Source: Stylophora pistillata
Taxonomy: Eukaryota
Direction of reading: 5' to 3'
Assembly: GCF_002571385.2 (NCBI RefSeq)
Contig: NW_019217921.1
Span: forward strand, 451,476 to 515,475
Length of the DNA stretch: 64,000 bases
Position 1 is the stretch's first letter. Every line of letters starts with the position of its first letter. The position numbers and the translations under genes were made by a program. Below, in pieces: positions 25,801 through 37,427 of this stretch. The notes beneath the pieces were generated by a model. That model worked only from the letters and a program-made list of their open reading frames with translations, made no database searches and was not told the DNA's origin.

Positions 25801-28800
25801 TTAATATTAATTTTAAATTAATTATTTTTTAAGATAAATTCAACCTGGCTGAAGGAGTTCATGAAAAGGCTGCTAGCCATGGAAGCTGTCACCGACAAGA
25901 AAATGGTGGCCAGTACTGGAACTAAACCTCCTCTTCACAGCACTTTCGAAAATAATATCGTACATAAACCAATAAAACTTATAACAGAAATCTTTCTAAC
26001 CTCCTCCAGAAAAGAAATTAATATGAATTCTTGAAAGGTTAAAATTCAGTAGGGGGTAAGATAACCGAGTTTGACAAGGTGTAGGAAACCAGCTTTGTAT
26101 ACAATTGTAAGAGGTGGAGAGAAACCAGGGGTCTGTGAATTTCACATTCCCTTGTAGATTTAAAATGTTTAAATTAAGATCTAACCTTTTCTCCATAAGC
26201 CAGAGTAGAAGGAATGGCAATCAACCTCTTTCCACCTTTTTTCATTCCTATCACTCCCTGTTCCCATCCCTATAAAGAAATTGAAAATGTTACATTACAA
26301 TTCAAAAATACTATGTCTTTACCATGACAAAGAAAATGAACATGGAAAGACGGTTTACTAAATATTTCCTGGACTATCAAACAATAATTTAAAAGTATTC
26401 AGTTTAAGAAAAGATCAAAAAAAAAAAAAAAGAAAGGAAGAAAGAGAGATTAAACAGAAAAGGCAAACAGATGAGAACAAAAACACAGATGAACATCTGG
26501 ATGAAAGGCATCCAAGCAGAAAAACTGAATGGCAGAAGAAAAGTAACTTTAATAAATGGTCTCTGCACCTTGATGACTTTCCCTTTCCCTGTTTTGAATT
26601 TGAATGTTTTATCTGTCTCAGTGTNNNNNNNNNNNNACCCCAACCCTGCAGGAGACGGGACCTCCATTTATTCATCCCTGTCCAAGAAGACTTGAATGTC
26701 TAACCATTTCTTGATGTTATAGAAAGGTAGCAAATTCTTCTCAATTATTTTAAGACCTTGAGTGTTGGTCCGGCCGGGGCTCGAACCCTCGACCTCCCGC
26801 ACAATAGTCCAGCACTCTATCCATTGAGCTAACTGGGAGGCGGTTAATGACCACCGAAGCTGTCATTCAGCTGCCTTAATGAAAAAGAAATTTTATAAAG
26901 ATTATGCTTACAAGTCCATCACCAGGGGAGAGATCTTGTGTGCAAAGATTTGATGAAGCAGAATTGAATTTCAATAACCCAACCTGAAAATCAAGTGCAA
27001 CAAAATAAATTATTTTATTCCTTTTCCATTAATTTCAAAAGGTTGCAGTAATTTCTTGGCTGTTCCATTCAAAAAATAATTTGCTCTTTGTTCTCTTTAC
27101 TAGTAATCCACACTTCTCTCCCGATACAATGTTAACAAAACAGACCTATAACAAAACTATATTTTCTTTCAAAACAAACTTTAAAAGTTCTGTGTCTTTC
27201 ACAATCCAGTTGGCCAATAGTTATATGCATGCATCTCCCAAATGCAACCTTCAGCACATATCTTGGAAAACTTTACTTCTTTACACCTAACTTTACCTTT
27301 TTCTGCTTCTTTAACAAGTAAAATATCTTATCAAACACTCATGACCTTATTTTCACAAAAATCTGACAAAATGTATCCATGACTTTAAGACAGCTGATGA
27401 TCAGCGCAAGACGACTGACTGTCACCAACTAATTAATACTTAAGGTCTCTGTTAACTTGTTACCTGTTTGGCAAAATCTGTGATATTCTTGTCTGATTCA
27501 AAACAAATTGACCATGTCTGCCTCTGGTCATCATAAAAACTTGCATAATTACTCCCTTGAACCTAAACAATATTGTTAAAAGTAAGGTCTGAGGACGTAA
27601 AATATGAATGCTAAACCATTTATCACTTGCAATTTAACTTCAGCAGTAACATGTCAAATGATGTAATACCATTTTGTATTTACCGTAAATGAAAAATTTC
27701 CATGGATTTTTGCTGTGGTAACTTGCTGTTGTTTGGATGCATAAATGAGAATCCGGTACTATAAATGAATAAGATAAATAAGTATCAGAATTTCTGTTTG
27801 CCTTTTTCATCACTGCAGTCTGAGTAAAATATGTACAGCTGCTAAACCTGTACCTTATTAACTTCTCTAAACAAATATTACAAGTACACAAGGCCAAGTC
27901 CTACATTAATTGTAAAATAACATCTCACTTCTTCTACAATATCACCTCTGAATCAAACATAAAGGTCACTAGAATAAAGGAAATGATCGCCAACTAGAGA
28001 AGCTCTTGATTGTTAGATAAATTCTCCAGTATCAGGGCTCATCACTAATGGTAGCCAACAAGCCACAGACTAGTAGAAATTCAGTTTTGGCTGGTGGTTT
28101 TCGATTTCCACCAGCCAGTTTTGCTAGTAAACAAACTGAAATCGTTGTAACATCTAAGTTGTCAGAAGCCACTAATGGCTAGTAAGTTGAAAAGTTACTG
28201 TCAAGCCCTGCATGAGTATGGAGAAAATGCATACTGATATTAGGGTTTTAAGTATGTGTTAAATGGTGCGAAACTCATTATAATGGTGGCTTTAGCTACA
28301 AGACTAGTCTTAAGCAAATGGCTTACTGGACTGGAAATTTGAAATTTATGTTTAAATAAATCACAATTTTATTATTACATCTTGAAGATGTACTTTTAAA
28401 ATCTTATTCTGTCAGCTCAAAGCAGCTACCGTATGTTCAAATTGTGCTTGTACACAATAAGTAAAATCTTTCTATATGAAAGTTTATAATTAACTAATAA
28501 CTGCCCAATCTTTCCAGGTTCGCACTACACACAAAACTCTCTGGGGCAAACAGAAACATATTACCGGTAAGTCACTTATTACAAGTTTCCCAGGTCTATT
28601 TAAAGCTATAGACATTTAATCAAGCAAAAGCAATGTTTACGAAATGCAGATTCAACCAAAATGAGAAACGAACAAAATCATGGCAGAATGCGGACTTCAC
28701 CCTTTCACTCCAAAAGTTTCAAGAGCATATCTCTCTACTGTCTGCCAAACAATTGCTATCATGCCAGTTCTGAGAATTTGGTATTGGAATAGCTAACAAT

Positions 28801-31138
28801 CCCCTTGTTGACTATTTTCTTTATTTGGTATTGGAATAGCTAACAATCCCCTTGTTGACTATTTTCTTTATTTGGTATTGGAATAGCTAACAATCCCCTT
28901 GTTGACTATTTTCTTTATTTGGTATTGGAATAGCTAACAATCCCCTTGTTGACTATTTTCTTTATTTGGTATTGGAATAGCTAACAATCCCCTTGTTGAC
29001 TATTTTCTTTATTTGGTATTGGAATAGCTAACAATCCCCTTGTTGACTATTTTCTTTATTCTCATCACTAATCTGCTTGATAACATTCTCAGGGCTCGAA
29101 ATTGCAACCAATACAGTTGCCTTTGCAACTTAATTCTTATGTTTGCGACTAACACTTCCAGAGGAGTCGCAAATTTGCGAGTAGAATAAAAAAGCCAGCA
29201 GTCGCTACTTTGCCACTATTTTGGCCGAAATAAATAAAGAAATGAAAAAATATTATAGTCCTGTGCCTTGATTATCATAGACATTTGAAGATATAGGGTA
29301 AAACTGTACCTAATTTATCCGCAATGTTGTGCACGCAACAACATTACCTTGATCGGCCACCATCGCAGCGGTCTCTTCATATGTATTGCAGGCTCATATT
29401 TTTGTTTGTTAAACCGCTGGATTAGAGCTGACCCTTGCATGGTTAATTATTTTTGTGAATAAAATCCGTGAACTTGCGACTATATTTACGTATCAAGTCG
29501 CAAAATGGCGAATGAAATTTTCTTTTAATTTCGAGCCCCCATTCTATTGATATTATAAGGTGAAATTCTGTTAGCTATGTCACTCATGGAAGTTATAAGG
29601 TTAACATGGATAACTTACATCATTTGCAGGATGATTGGCTAACACTGCAGCACCCAGTTTTCCCTGACTAGCATATTGGCCATTGACACTAAAATGTGAT
29701 ATGACAGATCAGTATTTTGAAGTCTTGCACAAGAACAAAATAAACAGGGATTTATAGACATGACACAGTGAAGAACAACTTACTATTTATATGCATGGAC
29801 TGCTGTAGCAAACAAGAGTGTTGTTTCTCCACTACTGGTTTGTGATGCTCCAGCTAGCAATAAACAATTGTATTAATGACAACTGCATCAGAAAATTATC
29901 TCGGATATATATTGCCATTCATTAATCAGATACAGTGTACCTGAAACAGGCTGTTATAAGCTCAACAAAATTGTAACAAGAATACTACTAGGAGAAAGAA
30001 AAGCAAGAATTTTTTAAGAGACCCAAACCATAATCAAAATATGGAACACTGACATTGCATTTTTCCTATTTTTAGACTTGTATTTTACACACACCTTAAG
30101 GATGATTTAACCTTTCAACTCCAAGAAGTGACTACTATGTAACTTCTCCCTTTAAAATCCATACATTATCTCACAAACTGGCTATGAGAATACTCAAAGT
30201 TATCATGCAGAAGTTGTGTCAATCTAAAACCAACTTCCTGTAACTAAGTTACAATGAAATCAGATCTTTGGAGATTTCAGATCTCTGTAGGCTAACCCTC
30301 TCAGCCAACAAAAAACTTCTATATGCATTCCAAATCATTTACCGCTGAATTGTAATGACAAAACTGACATCATCTCTGTAGGCTAACCCTCTCAGCCACA
30401 AACTTAATTGACAATTCTATTAACAATGACAATAGAATCAGCTGATACAGTAATGAAGTGCAAAAAAAGGAAAGAAAAAAACAGGTTACTACTTCTCGGC
30501 TCTCAATATCTGTTTAATTGAGAAAGTATTGACAGGTCACTGATAAAATAAAGTTATTTTACCTTGACTGTCATGACAGATATTCGAATGAACAAAAAAA
30601 GTCCGAAAGGGGGATACTTGGAGAAGGGGGAGGAGTAGGAAAAAAACTGTCATTGCTGATCGTGATCGATCGGTTGTCACTTGAGCCAAAATAAAACTTC
30701 TCGAGTGTTTCATTCCTTGAAACTATTTTAAAAAGATCCACTTGAATTGTTAGGTTCAGCGCGAACTATGAACACGCATTTTGCATACTGAGATCAGGGG
30801 AAGGTTGATTTGATTGTAGCCTTACACCACACGTAAAATCCTGATTAAGTAAACGGTCACCTGGTTTTTCTTTCTTTGGCTGTTTAGGAGCAGTGTACGT
30901 CAAGGATTCATTCCCTCCTAAAAATGACGCTTTATCCTGGCCAAATAACGACGCAAGCTTAGAGGAGCTATGCGAAAGAAGAACACAGTCACGCGACCTC
31001 AATTTTCCGCCATCTTGGACCTCTACGATAACATAAAAAATGGCAAAAGACAGATTACAAAATGACATCAACTGCTCACCCTCCACGAGTCGGGGACATG
31101 AAATCTCCTTCGTCATCATCGAGAGGGGATGAAAACAT
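10865..31138 (-). CDS. FKBP15: FK506-binding protein 15 (WH1-like domain, FKBP domain, Pro-rich region, coiled coil, acidic tail)
   Basis: GT-AG exons with consistent phase: 31080-31138, 30861-30967, 29784-29853, 29619-29688, 27684-27758, 27464-27562, 26912-26983, [N gap 26625-26636], 26569-26624, 26186-26269, 24891-24950, 24076-24215, 23654-23714, 23022-23150, 22425-22691, 20427-20636, 19803-19943, 19030-19124, 18583-18685, 17880-18051, 17451-17587, 17241-17324, 16635-16706, 15996-16148, 15661-15753, 15119-15211, 14834-14905, 14501-14605, 14165-14272, 12664-13420, 12250-12304, 11618-11696, 10865-10948. Signature peptides: [68 protein letters not shown], and C-terminal [17 protein letters not shown]. 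Confidence 0.93.
11860..12025 (-). mobile_element. Degraded tRNA-derived SINE (V-domain-like)
   Basis: Minus strand reads gggttgagtatagtgttggttcttgctcttgctccaagggttttttctcgaggtttcactcttttcc...aacattccaaatttc, resembling a V-SINE core. Confidence 0.5.
12035..12175 (+). mobile_element. Degraded SINE related to the copy at 16973
   Basis: gggcaagaaaccttactatcacagtgtctcttcactcagg resembles the CORE-like segment at ~17065-17106. Confidence 0.5.
16207..16244. repeat. (GACCTGCC)n octamer tandem repeat, ~4.7 copies, intronic
   Basis: Direct reading. Confidence 0.9.
16973..17192 (+). mobile_element. tRNA-derived CORE-like SINE
   Basis: A-box-like ggtggcatcatggttag, B-box-like gggtttgagccc, then taagacactttactctcacagtgcctctc. 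Confidence 0.7.
18781..19060. repeat. 70-bp tandem repeat x4 spanning an FKBP15 exon end and its splice donor
   Basis: (t/c)tgttgtaccctcggaatg at 18781, 18851, 18921 and 18991. Confidence 0.95.
21464..21536 (-). tRNA. tRNA-like repeat unit (pseudo-tRNA, anticodon AGT)
   Basis: Reverse complement of 21857-21929. Confidence 0.5.
21857..21929 (+). tRNA. tRNA-like repeat unit (pseudo-tRNA, anticodon AGT)
   Basis: Acceptor stem GGCTTGT/ACAGGCC, D stem GCTC/GAGC, anticodon loop CTAGTAT, TTCGAAT loop. One anticodon-stem mismatch and two T-stem mismatches, so probably not a functional tRNA. Confidence 0.5.
22104..22176 (+). tRNA. tRNA-like repeat unit (pseudo-tRNA, anticodon AGT)
   Basis: Same sequence as 21857-21929. 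Confidence 0.5.
22303..22346 (-). ncRNA. Minimal type I hammerhead ribozyme-like motif (CCGAUGA core variant)
   Basis: Minus strand UUAC-CCGAUGA-A-GACUGC-AGUUCGG-GCAGUC-GAAA-GCUC-GUAG: perfect 6-bp stem II, palindromic AGCU at helix III, stem I UUAC/GUAG. Confidence 0.6.
25085..25325 (-). mobile_element. tRNA-derived SINE (Deu/Nin-domain-like)
   Basis: Minus strand: ttagcccaatggatagtg...gggttcaagccctggccggaccaacactcaaggtcttaaaataattg; closely related to 26637-26846. Confidence 0.7.
26637..26846 (-). mobile_element. tRNA-derived SINE, same family as 25085, abutting the N gap
   Basis: A box ttagctcaatggatagag, B box gggttcgagccc; body shared with the 25085-25325 copy. Confidence 0.75.
28777..29058. 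repeat. 47-bp perfect minisatellite x6
   Basis: tttggtattggaatagctaacaatccccttgttgactattttcttta at 28777, 28824, 28871, 28918, 28965 and 29012. Confidence 0.95.
29090..29539. mobile_element. hAT-like MITE nested in the preceding repeat
   Basis: Inverted termini cagggctcgaaatt / aatttcgagccc; cattct occurs on both flanks. Confidence 0.6.
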
Positions 31139-31679
31139 CCTAAGACGAGTAACGAACTAACAATAACTCTCCTAAGTAGAATAATAGTTTTCGCGTGGTA
31201 GCAGCGATTAGGAAACCGAAAACTTCGTTTACTTCCTCATTGGAGGCTGGGTTCCAATCTTGTGCCATACCGCTGAACAAGACTTCGTTGGCGACAGGGA
31301 CCTGATGACAGGTATCGTTACATTTCGAGCGGATCTCGCAGCGCGCGAAGCGCATAGAAGTACTGCACGCTTAGAGTAAATCCACAAAATAGCGTTAAAA
31401 CGACCGGGAGCGACAAAGCGGCTACGGAATAAAGTAAAGGAGACTGAACACGCTATATTTCTCACTTTTATTATCCTTTCTTTTACTTTTTCCTATAATT
31501 TTTTCTTTTTTTTTTTTCTTTTTCTTTTTTCACGTCACACCCTTTCGCTTAAATTCAATCCTAATAAATTATGTATTCCCGTCAATGAGCTTTGGACCCA
31601 AAAATCACACACAGTACGCTTGAGTCGCCTGTGGTTGGAGCTGAAATATCGTTGTAAGAGCGCAACTATAACTAACACA

Positions 31680-34600
31680 TTAACATAGCCTAAAAAGCCG
31701 TTCCTCCTCCCCCAACCCAGGAAAATAGAATAATGGTGATAATATTAAACACAAATTTGAAAAGGCAGAAGAAAACAGAAGGCACGGCACCGCGCTTCCG
31801 CCTCCTCTAAACCCGCTCGATAAAGATCTACTCACTACATCACCTGACTTACTCAGAGCTTCGATCGGTTTCTTTTTACACGACGTCCTTCTTGAGCTTC
31901 TGTTGTATTTCAGTCCAGGTGAATGATCTTCTTCGAAGTTAAGATCTGACGTGGTGGTTCCTACTATTCCGAATTCTTCTTGTTCGATTGCTGCAGAGAA
32001 AAGATCAAGTGTAACAGAAGTCTTTGTCAGGCAATGCTGACAAAGAAAAAGGAAACTTGTATGAAAACACCTGGTATACGTTTTATCAGGGAAGGTTAAG
32101 AAGAAAGTCGTCACTTTCCCTTGTTATTTTCGTCACCTTTATCTGAAAAGAGTCACCCTGAAATTTTGAACATTCGGGTATGAAAATTAAGTATAAAGGA
32201 AAATAATGCATAACTTTGCCACACCATATGTTTAGCCATATATAATATCAGCCCTAATGACAAATCGCGACATGCAGTTAGCGTGGTTTAAAGTCGTGTT
32301 TGAAATCTCGATGGAAAAGGTTAGCTATACACCCCCCTCCCCCCTCCCCACCACCACCACCACCACCTACTCGAAAAGGAAGAAAATTGTCAGTACAAAT
32401 CAATTTCGACAAGTTCAGGAATAAGGGAGGGCCCATTCAGAAGCAAGCCTAAAACCGGTATGAAAAAGGCATGTAAGTCGTGATAAGGGATACGGGCATA
32501 CACCCTAACCGAAGGCATAAACTCTGTTTCATCCATGCATATACCGTAGTTTTAATGCGATATTCTGCACAGTGAAGTGTTCAAGTTAGGAGAAGTCCCC
32601 CCTATTCGGCGAAGTCTATCGCGCAAGTCAGAAAAAAAAAAAAATCAGTGACCAAAACAGCTCATCGTGCACCTCACTCCTAGGGTTCTGTGCTGCTCGC
32701 TTAAATAATTTTTTTTTCTCCTTGCACGATGGACTTACACGAATAACGTTACGTTAACATGTCTAACTTTGTACAGCGGTGTCGCCAATAATTTCATAGT
32801 CTTCATAGGATCCCTCGCACAGCATGGAGTCTGCGGGAGCAACTGTGGCAATCCCATGAGAATCGTCAACCTTGGGAACGTGTGATATCCAATCTGTGTC
32901 CAAAACAAAACCCGAAGTACACAGAGATAAGCATGATAAGACAAATAATTTTCCTACATTTACATTTTTTTGTTACCAGCACAACAGGAAAAATCGTGAC
33001 GTGTTTGGCATTCTCCGTGTAACCTGACAAAGGAACAACACGAAAGGGGTGTTACGAAAACAAAGACCCTCGAAAACGAAGACCTAAGACCTAAGACCCG
33101 GTATTCGTTTTCGTAGGACGAAAACGAAGACAGGGGGTCTTCGTTTTCGTAGTACGAAAACGAAGACCCAGCATTAGCCTAAAGAATTGCTTACTTTTTA
33201 ACGAGAATTTTCCAGCAGAGAAAGCTGAACGACCGTCAGAATCTATTTTAGCTATGAAATACAGTAGAAATTGATTATTTATCGACAGAACCCAAGAGTC
33301 ATCTTTCCTGTACAGAACGCGTTCTCTGTTATTCTGTCACGCAATGCTGACTATAAATCAAAGGTGGCTAGGTTCGAATTCTGCCTGCTGTTCCAGAATA
33401 ATAATGTGTTGTACGTTTACCCGAGGAAACCCTCGAGAATATCAACACCAAACTGGCTCGCATAGCGAAACAGAACAGACAAGACGGGCCATATAATAAT
33501 ACGGGTAATATAATAATGGCAAGAAACGCGTGAAGTGTAATGTATTATATTACTAAGCGTTGTTGCTGTTTTTAAACACACATTAAAATGTGTGTTTAAG
33601 TTGCAATTTCTACGGTTTTCTGTTTACTGGGTCTTCGTTTTCGTACTACGAAAACGAAGACCCTGCATTAGCCTAAAGAATTGCTTACTTTTTAACGAGA
33701 ATATTCCAGCAGAGAAAGCTTAACGACCGTCAGAATCTATTTTAGCTACGAAATATAGTAGAAATCGATTATTTATTGACAGAACCCAAGAGTCATTTTT
33801 CCCGTACAGAACGCGTTCTCTGTTATTCTGTCACGCAAGGCTAACTATAAATCAAAGGCGGCTGGCGTTGGAATTCTGCCTGCTGTTCCAGAATAATAAT
33901 AAGTGTGGTAAGTTTACCCGAGGAAACCCTCGAGAATATCAACACCAAATTGGCTCACATAGCGAAACAGAACACTGACAAGACGGGCTGTATAATAATA
34001 CGGGTAGTACAATAATACGGGCAGTATAGTAATGGAAGAAACGCGTGAAGTGTAACGTATTATATTACTAAGCGTTGTTACTGTTTAATGTGCGTTTAAC
34101 TTGTAATTTCTACGGTTTTCTGTTTACAGGGTCTTCGTGTTTGTATTACGAAAACGAAGACCTGGGGACTTCTACGAAAACGAAGACCTAGGGTATCCGT
34201 TTTCGTACTACGAAAACGAAGACCGGGTCTTAGGTCTCAAGTCTTCGTTTTCGAGGGTCTTCGTTTTCGTAACACCCACATGAAAGCGGTGTGACGCAAT
34301 TGAAGAAAACAAAATACCGCTTCGTTTTTAAACAAGACGTTTTAATTTAACTAGAAATGACGTATCGGTAAGTTCATTAAAATGAACAAGCCTAAGCTGG
34401 TAAGCTATACGTGCCATAACAATGTTTTAAATTATTACGAAATACTTTGTAAATTTAATGAAATGATAGACTACTTTACCAAAATAAGCGCTCATTTCGT
34501 CCGAGAGAGTCGATAAATGATGTTTTCTTACGTAGCTTCAATGCCATAAACGAATAAAACAGCTGATCACTGAGGAATCAGCTGAGCAACACGATATAAA

Positions 34601-35054
34601 ACACGTGAGAGCGAGCGAACACTCGGTCAATTTGCCACAACACTCAGTGACCACGAACTCACCTTCCCCAGAGACATGTTCGTTCCAACCATTTTCCTGT
34701 GTGACAATTGAAGTATCTTCTCCGTACCTGATTTCCACAGAGTCGACAAATCGTATGACGCTGTTTTCCTCGGTACTGCTCTCTACAGCTCCCATAAAGT
34801 ACCCAGATAAATCGAAGTTGTTAAACTGGAGAAAGATCTCATGTTTGCCAATGTGACTACCGAATAAGAATAGATTACGAAATCATGAACAAGCTTGATA
34901 TTGAACGAGGCCTTTTGCGCACAAAAATGTTCTTTCTTGATGACAATTTCGTGAAAATAGTACTTTTACTTTGGTAAAAGAAAAGTCTTGAAAGGACCAG
35001 CAGTTACTGGAGCATGCTAAATGTAAACAGTGACAGCAATTGTCTTTCGTGACA
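31680..35054 (-). CDS. Putative spliced gene of unknown function (3' exons only; hydrophobic C-terminus)
   Basis: Phase-compatible AG/GT exons 34970-35054, 34663-34825, 32768-32893 and 31680-31990 give an open frame (VTKDNCCHCLHLAC...FNNFDLSGYFMGAVE...DWISHVPKVDD...TIEQEEFGIV...CLLFSSAFSNLCLILSPLFYF). Start not found and no homology recognised. Confidence 0.4.
33047..34277. mobile_element. Non-autonomous foldback/Mutator-like element with an internal ~490-bp tandem duplication
   Basis: Long TIRs gggtgttacgaaaac(a/g)aagaccctcgaaaacgaagac; 9-bp TSD acacgaaag (33038-33046) / acatgaaag (34278-34286); repeated cgaaaacgaagac motif. Confidence 0.85.
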
Positions 35055-37427
35055 CTAAAGCAGCGTCGAGTGTTGCGTGACAACACCAAACAACTGTTGC
35101 CAAACATTCTCCGCTTTTGAGAAAGTTTTAATGTATTACTATCTCTTATTTCGCAAGAAAACCAAAAAAATATAGAGCAATCGCAAAGACCCGTGAAATT
35201 TCCCTCCTTGAGGTTTGAAAAGCGTAGGAACTGTAGCGGGTGGGTGAAAGCTTATTTAGGTCGCTGATTCGAGCTAAAAAACACGTTACTCCCCGTGTTT
35301 TAAGATATTTAATTAACATAATCACGACAGGAATGGAAGAAAGTGGCAAGCAAGGCAAAACTTCTAACGAAAACAGTCAGGACAGTTTGGATTTATTACG
35401 CTCTTAAAACTGAAGTTACTGTGCGTCAAGAAAGACGAAACTTATTACTACTTAAAAAAATTTTTTTCAAAAGTATCATAGCAATGTTTGGCTATAATTT
35501 CAAACGAATTGTTTACGAATCCAACTTGGAAATTCGTAAACACAACTATTTCCTATTTCTTCAAGCGTCAGAATCCTACAATCTCCTCGTTACAGGTCTT
35601 ATTTCCACAATGACTGGTGCGTTTCGGAAGGAACAGAGACAAAATAGCATTGGAAAAAAAAGTTTTTTTTTGATTCGCTACTCAGAGGAAGAATGCTGTT
35701 TCGCATCTTGGGCAGAATAATTAAGTATCTCAGCTTTTATAAGGAATCGATGATCCGCGATGATCTAGTACGTTTCGGAACGAAAAGAAACAACATAGCT
35801 GAAGGGGGAATTTTTTTTTTTCTTTTTAATTCGCTACTGAGAGGAAGAAAGATGTTTTGCGTCTGGCGTGGGATAACTTAAGATCTGAGTCAGGTTTTTA
35901 TGAGGAATTAACTGAACCTTACATCGATCTCCGTATTCCGTTCTTCTATGCTCTGCCACTGAGCTACAGAGTCTTTACTGTGAACCAGACAGTCACTAGG
36001 GTCATACGTGATACTCTTCCACAAGAGTGCCTTGAAGCGTTGCGTAACATGTGTAAGTAAAAATAATCAAATATATCTTTTTAGCATGGATATGAAATAA
36101 AGGATGATATCGCGAGCGTGCGACAAAGAAAAAAGAACTCGACACTTCAGGGACTGAACTGCTCATGTGGGTTCTCTTCTGTCCGTGCGCAAAGAAACTC
36201 ACTCCTGGATTAAAACGGCCAACCGAAAGAAACTTTAATGTCACTCGAAATTAAAATCTACAAAAAATTAATATTTAAAACAGGAAAGCATGCTTCATAC
36301 ACCTCTTAAATCCGATCTGGGAATTACGTAACTCGGCTCAAGAAACCCTGCTTCATTAACACCTAACTGAGTTAATTCTTTTTAACACCATAACAGGTTC
36401 ACATCATGTTTACTACAAACCTCATTCACTTGTGGATAGGCGAAGCACAGAAAAGAGCAATGAGGGGATTGGAAATGAATCGTTATGGAAAAGGACTCAT
36501 GGGGATGACGCCAAAATTCTGTTTCTTCTGTGCGATCACAGGTTCATTGACTTTTACTGCAACGACTGTATAGTCTAATTATCTTCCGCACAGTATATCC
36601 ACAGGCTCGCCACAGTGTGACTTTGATTAAAACTACTAATTCAGTGAGATAAGAGAGACACGGTTGGAGTTTTGTGAATAACCAAAGAATTGAAACAATA
36701 TACGGTCTGCTTTCTCAAAAATACTTACCCTGATCAGAGCTTCAATTTGCGCGTCACATACTATCTTCTTCCCCCAGCGGGACTCAATGAAATTATCTCC
36801 TGCTCAAAGGAGTCTGTTTTTTTAATCATCACTTTGCTGATGGACAATGAGACAAGGATTTCAAATTTTAGGAAAATTTACTTGAAAGCCCTGTGTGAAT
36901 GTTGCTGTACTCTTGAGTGATAATAATAAAAAAAGTAATTGTGGTTGAACAAGCATTTAGATTTCTTAGTTCTGTCAGGAACCTCCTGAAACAATCAGTC
37001 GAAGCCCACCAGGATCTATTTTTTCCCTTGACAGATCCCACAATAGACATCTAATTTCCGGACTGGGATAGATTTAAAAAAATTGATAGGCCCTTGCTAT
37101 TCCTACACGGAAATCTTTCAAAGAGGATTTCCGTTCACAACTATTAGCTACCATTTAGCTTGAAGAAAAATTCTGCTAACTTTTGAAACCGTCACAAGAA
37201 AAACGTGATCCTTGTTAAACGTGCGGTAAGTAAATTATACGTCTTTATGCACCTGTACTTTCACAATATTTATCCACGTACACGTACATCCGGCATCTAG
37301 TAATCGAAAATCAAGTGAGGTTTTTTCAAACTTCAAAAGCACAACTTTTTCGTGGAAGTTTAATGATTAATCTTTGCGGAGTTTGAGTGCGATTTTGACT
37401 CCTCTTAGAGATTCTTTTAACTTTGTG

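Larger units (their letters stand above)
28697..29604. mobile_element. Non-autonomous repeat with ...ccctttcactcc / ggaagttataaggttaa ends, hosting a minisatellite and a nested MITE
   Basis: Imperfect inverted ends next to TTAA-like sites; related fragments near 25381, 27900-28262, 30107 and 53600. Confidence 0.5.

Noticed and set aside
28777-29058. Regular repeats resembling a CRISPR array (also 18781-19060)
   Set aside because: Head-to-tail units with no unique spacers, no cas genes, eukaryotic intron context.
30282-30398. 26-bp direct repeat tctctgtaggctaaccctctcagcca
   Set aside because: Small local duplication; no element features between the copies.
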